Below are positions 31,455 to 34,046 of a stretch of DNA of 34,046 nt, piece by piece. Source of the DNA: Mesotaenium endlicherianum (taxonomy: Eukaryota). The notes under the pieces are model-generated. The model did not search any database. It was given only the letters and a program-made list of their open reading frames with translations, and was not told the DNA's origin. The translations under genes and the position numbers were made by a program. Positions within the stretch are counted from its first letter, which is position 1. Each line of letters starts with the position of its first letter. The DNA lies in the NCBI GenBank assembly GCA_009602735.1, contig WELA01002438.1, positions 237,607 through 271,652 on the forward strand, written 5' to 3'.

Positions 31455-32019
31455 CACAGACACGCTTCAAGAGAGGAAGACAAGGAGGCATTTGCTCGTC
31501 AGAAGGAGCGGAAGAAGACAGACACTCTCTAGAGTCAGGAGGGGGGGGACAGGCACACGCATATGGCAGAGCATGCGTGCGTGCACAAGAGCAAGAGCAG
31601 GTGCAGGAGCAGGAGCAGGAGCAGGCGCAGGAGCAGGCGCAGATGCAGGAAACAGGATAGGCTTGCGTGGGACTGCGCCATGCTTGATTTGTGTCATCAA
31701 GCACCTCACCCCGCTTGTCTTCCATCCCCGCATATGTGCATGCCAGGAAGAACGACAAAAGCGGGATGAGGAGGAGAGGTTGATAGAGGGGGGGCATGCA
31801 ATGAAGAAGGAATGGAAGGCAAAGGTGGGGAGGCGGAAAGGGGGGNAGAGAGGCGGGGGGAGGGGGGGACATCAACACACCTGGCGGATGTTCTCAAACA
31901 TGTTACTGGAGCCAGTCACGTCCACGTACACGCCCACAGCTCTCGACTGCAAGCAGCAGCAGCAGCAGCGGCTGGAGCAGCATCAGCATAAAGGCCAGCA
32001 GGAGGGAGGAGAACAGCAG

Positions 32020-32055
<36 letters not shown>

Positions 32056-33137
32056 GAGCAGCAGCAGGAGCAGCAGCAACAGCCACCCAGCCACACCTCT
32101 GTACGTCTCATTCCTCTCCACACGGCACGCAGAGCCCTTAACCCGAAATACTGATGGTTCTCTCCCCCTCTTCCGTCGGTCTGAGCTGTTCTTCAGAGTC
32201 TCCCAGGCCCAGGGGTGCCTCGACACCTGTCCGAGCTCCCTGACCTGGACCAAAGACTTGCCTTCAGCTGCAAGCTAGGGTTTACCATACTTTGGGGGCA
32301 GGTTTTGGGCAAGGGCAGCCTGAAGACACGGTCTCAGGGATCTAATGCCGCGCACAAAAGCCCTGCGTGGCAGCCAACAGTGGGCTACACGGGCCCAGCT
32401 GGGCGGGACACTAAGAACCACTGCAGATGCAATTGCCTCTCCCCTTCTCCTTCTCCATCTCCCTTCCCCTGCCTTTCCCCTCCCTCTCTCCCCCCCCTCC
32501 CCCCCCCTGGGCATCTCTTTTTCTGCGTCTAAGTGGAAGGCGGAGCAGCCCCAGTTCGCCCAGGGGAAAGCCACGGAGGCTCCTGGAAGGCCGGGTCTGA
32601 TGAGCAGGCTCAAGGTTTAGGGTGCAGAGGCCCCGGGCCACCCTGGGCCGCAACAGTGCGACAGAGCCTGCCCTGTGCGTGTGTCAGACGCGAGGCCAAA
32701 CCCTCACGAGATGTGTCTAAGATCTGCAGATAGAAGTCGCGGAGGAGTATGAGCACGTCCTAGTCCACGCCCGACCCTGAGTCCAATTATGCCTACGAAT
32801 TGGAAAGGGCCTCGGGTCAAAGGTTTGAGGCCTAGGGTCTAGGGTCTAGGGTCTGGGGAATGGGTCTAGGGTATTGTGGCGGACTACACGAGCGTCTGGA
32901 GTGGGTGGCTGGGGGCAACAGCAGGGAAGCTCAGGGAGGTCTCCAGGGTTTTGTGGAGGCCGTGGCGTATGTCCAAGAGAAAGGGGGGGGGCAGCTGGTG
33001 GTGGGAATCAGGTAGGGGCCGGGGGGGCCCTCGGACAGCTGGCGGCAGGCAAGCGCACCTGCCTGAGCAATGGAGGCCAGCACCATGACCAGGTCGCTCA
33101 TGACCGGCATCTCCAGCCCCTCCGCTATTCCCGCCAG
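26377..33137 (-). CDS. CRR1: Dihydrodipicolinate reductase-like protein CRR1 (chlororespiratory reduction 1, plastid NDH assembly factor); last 8 exons, 5' exons not found in the window
   Basis: All phase-0 exons: 33137-33063, 31946-31881, 31146-31051, 29552-29436, 28903-28805, 27918-27820, 27152-27066, 26409-26377. Joined translation: LAGIAEGLEMPVMSDLVMVLASIAQ SRAVGVYVDVTGSSNMFENIRQ ATAFGLSTVVGGSTLPEDELNTLVEFCEKAST GCLVAPELSVGTLLLRQAAEAAAFHYAHVDIFESHSGPA EALYPRRSTAQLADTLSELGRTFNSADFDTSHA ARGAVTEEGVRVHSSRHPGVLSSLEARFASAGE VWSVKHDVTDVRALMPGLLLAIRKVVRLR TLVLGLEKIL*. This is collinear with plant CRR1 as I recall it (QATAFG, GCLVAP, GVRVHS, LMPGLLLAIRKVVRL, GLEK). Confidence 0.92.
26921..27006. 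repeat. (GA)n/(TC)n microsatellite in the last CRR1 intron
   Basis: About 40 GA units, near-uninterrupted, just downstream (sense direction) of the 27065 donor. Confidence 0.95.
29070..29480 (-). repeat. Tandem array of three diverged copies of the 3' end plus donor of CRR1 exon 29552-29436
   Basis: 42-nt cores at 29378-29337, 29258-29217 and 29138-29097 (120-bp period) align with 29477-29436. The flanking gagcagaggg-like intron motif is also repeated. Confidence 0.88.
29525..29845 (-). repeat. Tandem array (about 75-90-bp unit) of diverged copies of the acceptor plus 5' end of the same CRR1 exon
   Basis: agagcgcaag..cggctccggcgcc..gcatccctgcgcag recurs at 29602, 29685 and 29760, matching the exon start ccgacagctccggcgctaccaggcatccctgcgcag. 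Confidence 0.8.
29935..30160. repeat. Degenerate minisatellite (about 60-bp unit, 3-4 copies) in a CRR1 intron
   Basis: ccctgcaYcctgtgcccRttYagggRgccgccggagccct occurs at about 29940 and 30064, with an intervening diverged copy (gagggagccgtcaggaccctcc). Confidence 0.7.
30663..30789 (+). pseudogene. Decayed PHD-finger coding fragment, antisense within a CRR1 intron; probably a retrotransposon relic
   Basis: CRGCGS.. / frameshift / ..ILQLCDACNHGGHLAYLTPPLTRIPAGDWFCPSC fits the C4HC3 PHD pattern. One ligand Cys appears as Tyr (TAT), and there is one frameshift. Confidence 0.75.
31952..32082. repeat. Imperfect (CAG)n/(CTG)n trinucleotide tract immediately upstream of a CRR1 acceptor
   Basis: Visible CAG/CAA/GAG run; reads as (CUG)n in the CRR1 pre-mRNA. 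Confidence 0.85.
32820..32872. repeat. Degenerate plant telomere-like (TTTAGGG/TCTAGGG) interstitial repeats; similar patches near 7945-7980, 11414-11470, 29150-29300, 29735-29760 and 33770-33815
   Basis: aggtttgaggcctagggtctagggtctagggtctgggg...tctagggt; elsewhere aaccctaa and aaccctgaa units. Confidence 0.6.
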
Positions 33138-34046
33138 CTGCTCCAGACACAGCGCACGCGCGCGCGCACACACACACACACACACGCACACGCATACACG
33201 CACGCGCACACGTACACCCACACGCACGTGCGCATATACAGTTACTCCGCTGCCGTTACTAGGGAAGGGATGAGAGGCACACGATCACACGCAATGCCGC
33301 TTCCGTTACTACTACAGGAACAGGAAGGCGCGGCCATCCTAGTCCTGCTGTGGAGAAGCTTCAGCCGCTTGTCCCCGGCGTGTCGGGCAGAGAAGAAGCC
33401 CGCTGCTGTCGCGTGTCCCCTTCACTTGCAGCACCTGACATCTCTTGATGGCTTATGCTAAAACAACAAAGAAAGACTACTTCACTCTTCAACTCAGCCG
33501 GGCTCTAAACCCCGAACCCCCTGCCCTGCAACGCTCTTCCTTGCCCTCCATGATCTGATGAAATCAACCAGGTCCTGGGTCCGAGTGGCGGGAATGAGGA
33601 AGAGGTGGGGGCGGGGCAGAGCCAGGCTCTGACCCCCAGAGGGGCACTCGAAGTCACCGCAGCTTCTTGTGGCCAGGAGCACGATGGCCAGGCACGGTGA
33701 TCATGCTGCTTGCCCGGCAAGGCCAGCCGCCACCCACTGGCGATGCACGGCTGCTCAACTGCCCGTACTACCCCTAACCCTAACATCCCGCATCTGAAAC
33801 CCCGAACCCTAAGCCCAAAGACTGAAGCTGAAACAAATCCATGCACCCTTATGACAATAAGTTTTGCAAAGCTGCACCCCGCCTGACTGCAGGCTCTAGA
33901 GAGAGCGTGTGCAACCACCCTGTGCAGTAATGGGTCCTCTCTCCTCCCCGCAAACCATTTCTAAGGCACCACACGCCAACGGAGCATCATCCAGCCAGGT
34001 GCATTTGGGCGCACGTTCTCTCCTAGCCATGACCCCCCCCTCCCCC

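Noticed and set aside
31213..32154. Apparent poly-Q protein ORF on the plus strand
   Set aside because: It is built from (CA)n and (CAG)n intronic microsatellites and overlaps a real CRR1 exon on the opposite strand.
33494..33750. Possible additional CRR1 5' exon (…LFLIPATRTQDLVDFIR…)
   Set aside because: No similarity to the CRR1/DapB N-terminal NAD-binding region, and an in-frame TGA lies between it and the nearest acceptor.

Overview
Eukaryotic nuclear DNA: intron-rich, microsatellite-rich, with four N gaps. It is probably from a streptophyte green alga, inferred from the NDH-assembly gene CRR1 and plant-type TTTAGGG-like repeats. Most ORFs in the supplied track are spurious; the real genes had to be rebuilt exon by exon. 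In order: (1) the last exon of a probable alpha/beta-hydrolase (+, 930-1082); (2) a decayed Ty3/Gypsy integrase fragment; (3) a complete 16-exon bacterial-type RecN (-, 16624-2883, about 1154 aa) with a long transit-peptide-like N-terminus; (4) an RNA 3'-terminal phosphate cyclase RTCA/RtcA (+, 17087-25300), head-to-head with RecN across 462 bp, with one exon probably hidden in an N gap; (5) the last 8 exons of a DapB-like CRR1 gene (-, 33137-26377), with two GC-AG introns and an intronic PHD-finger relic. The most striking unexplained structure is repeated duplication of splice junctions into neighbouring introns. Three 42-nt, in-frame, AG/GT-flanked copies of the 3' end of one CRR1 exon sit at exactly 120-bp spacing, and similar copies flank two RecN exons. 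Introns also show unusual polarity: C/U-rich after the donor, UG- or G-rich before the acceptor, and often no polypyrimidine tract.
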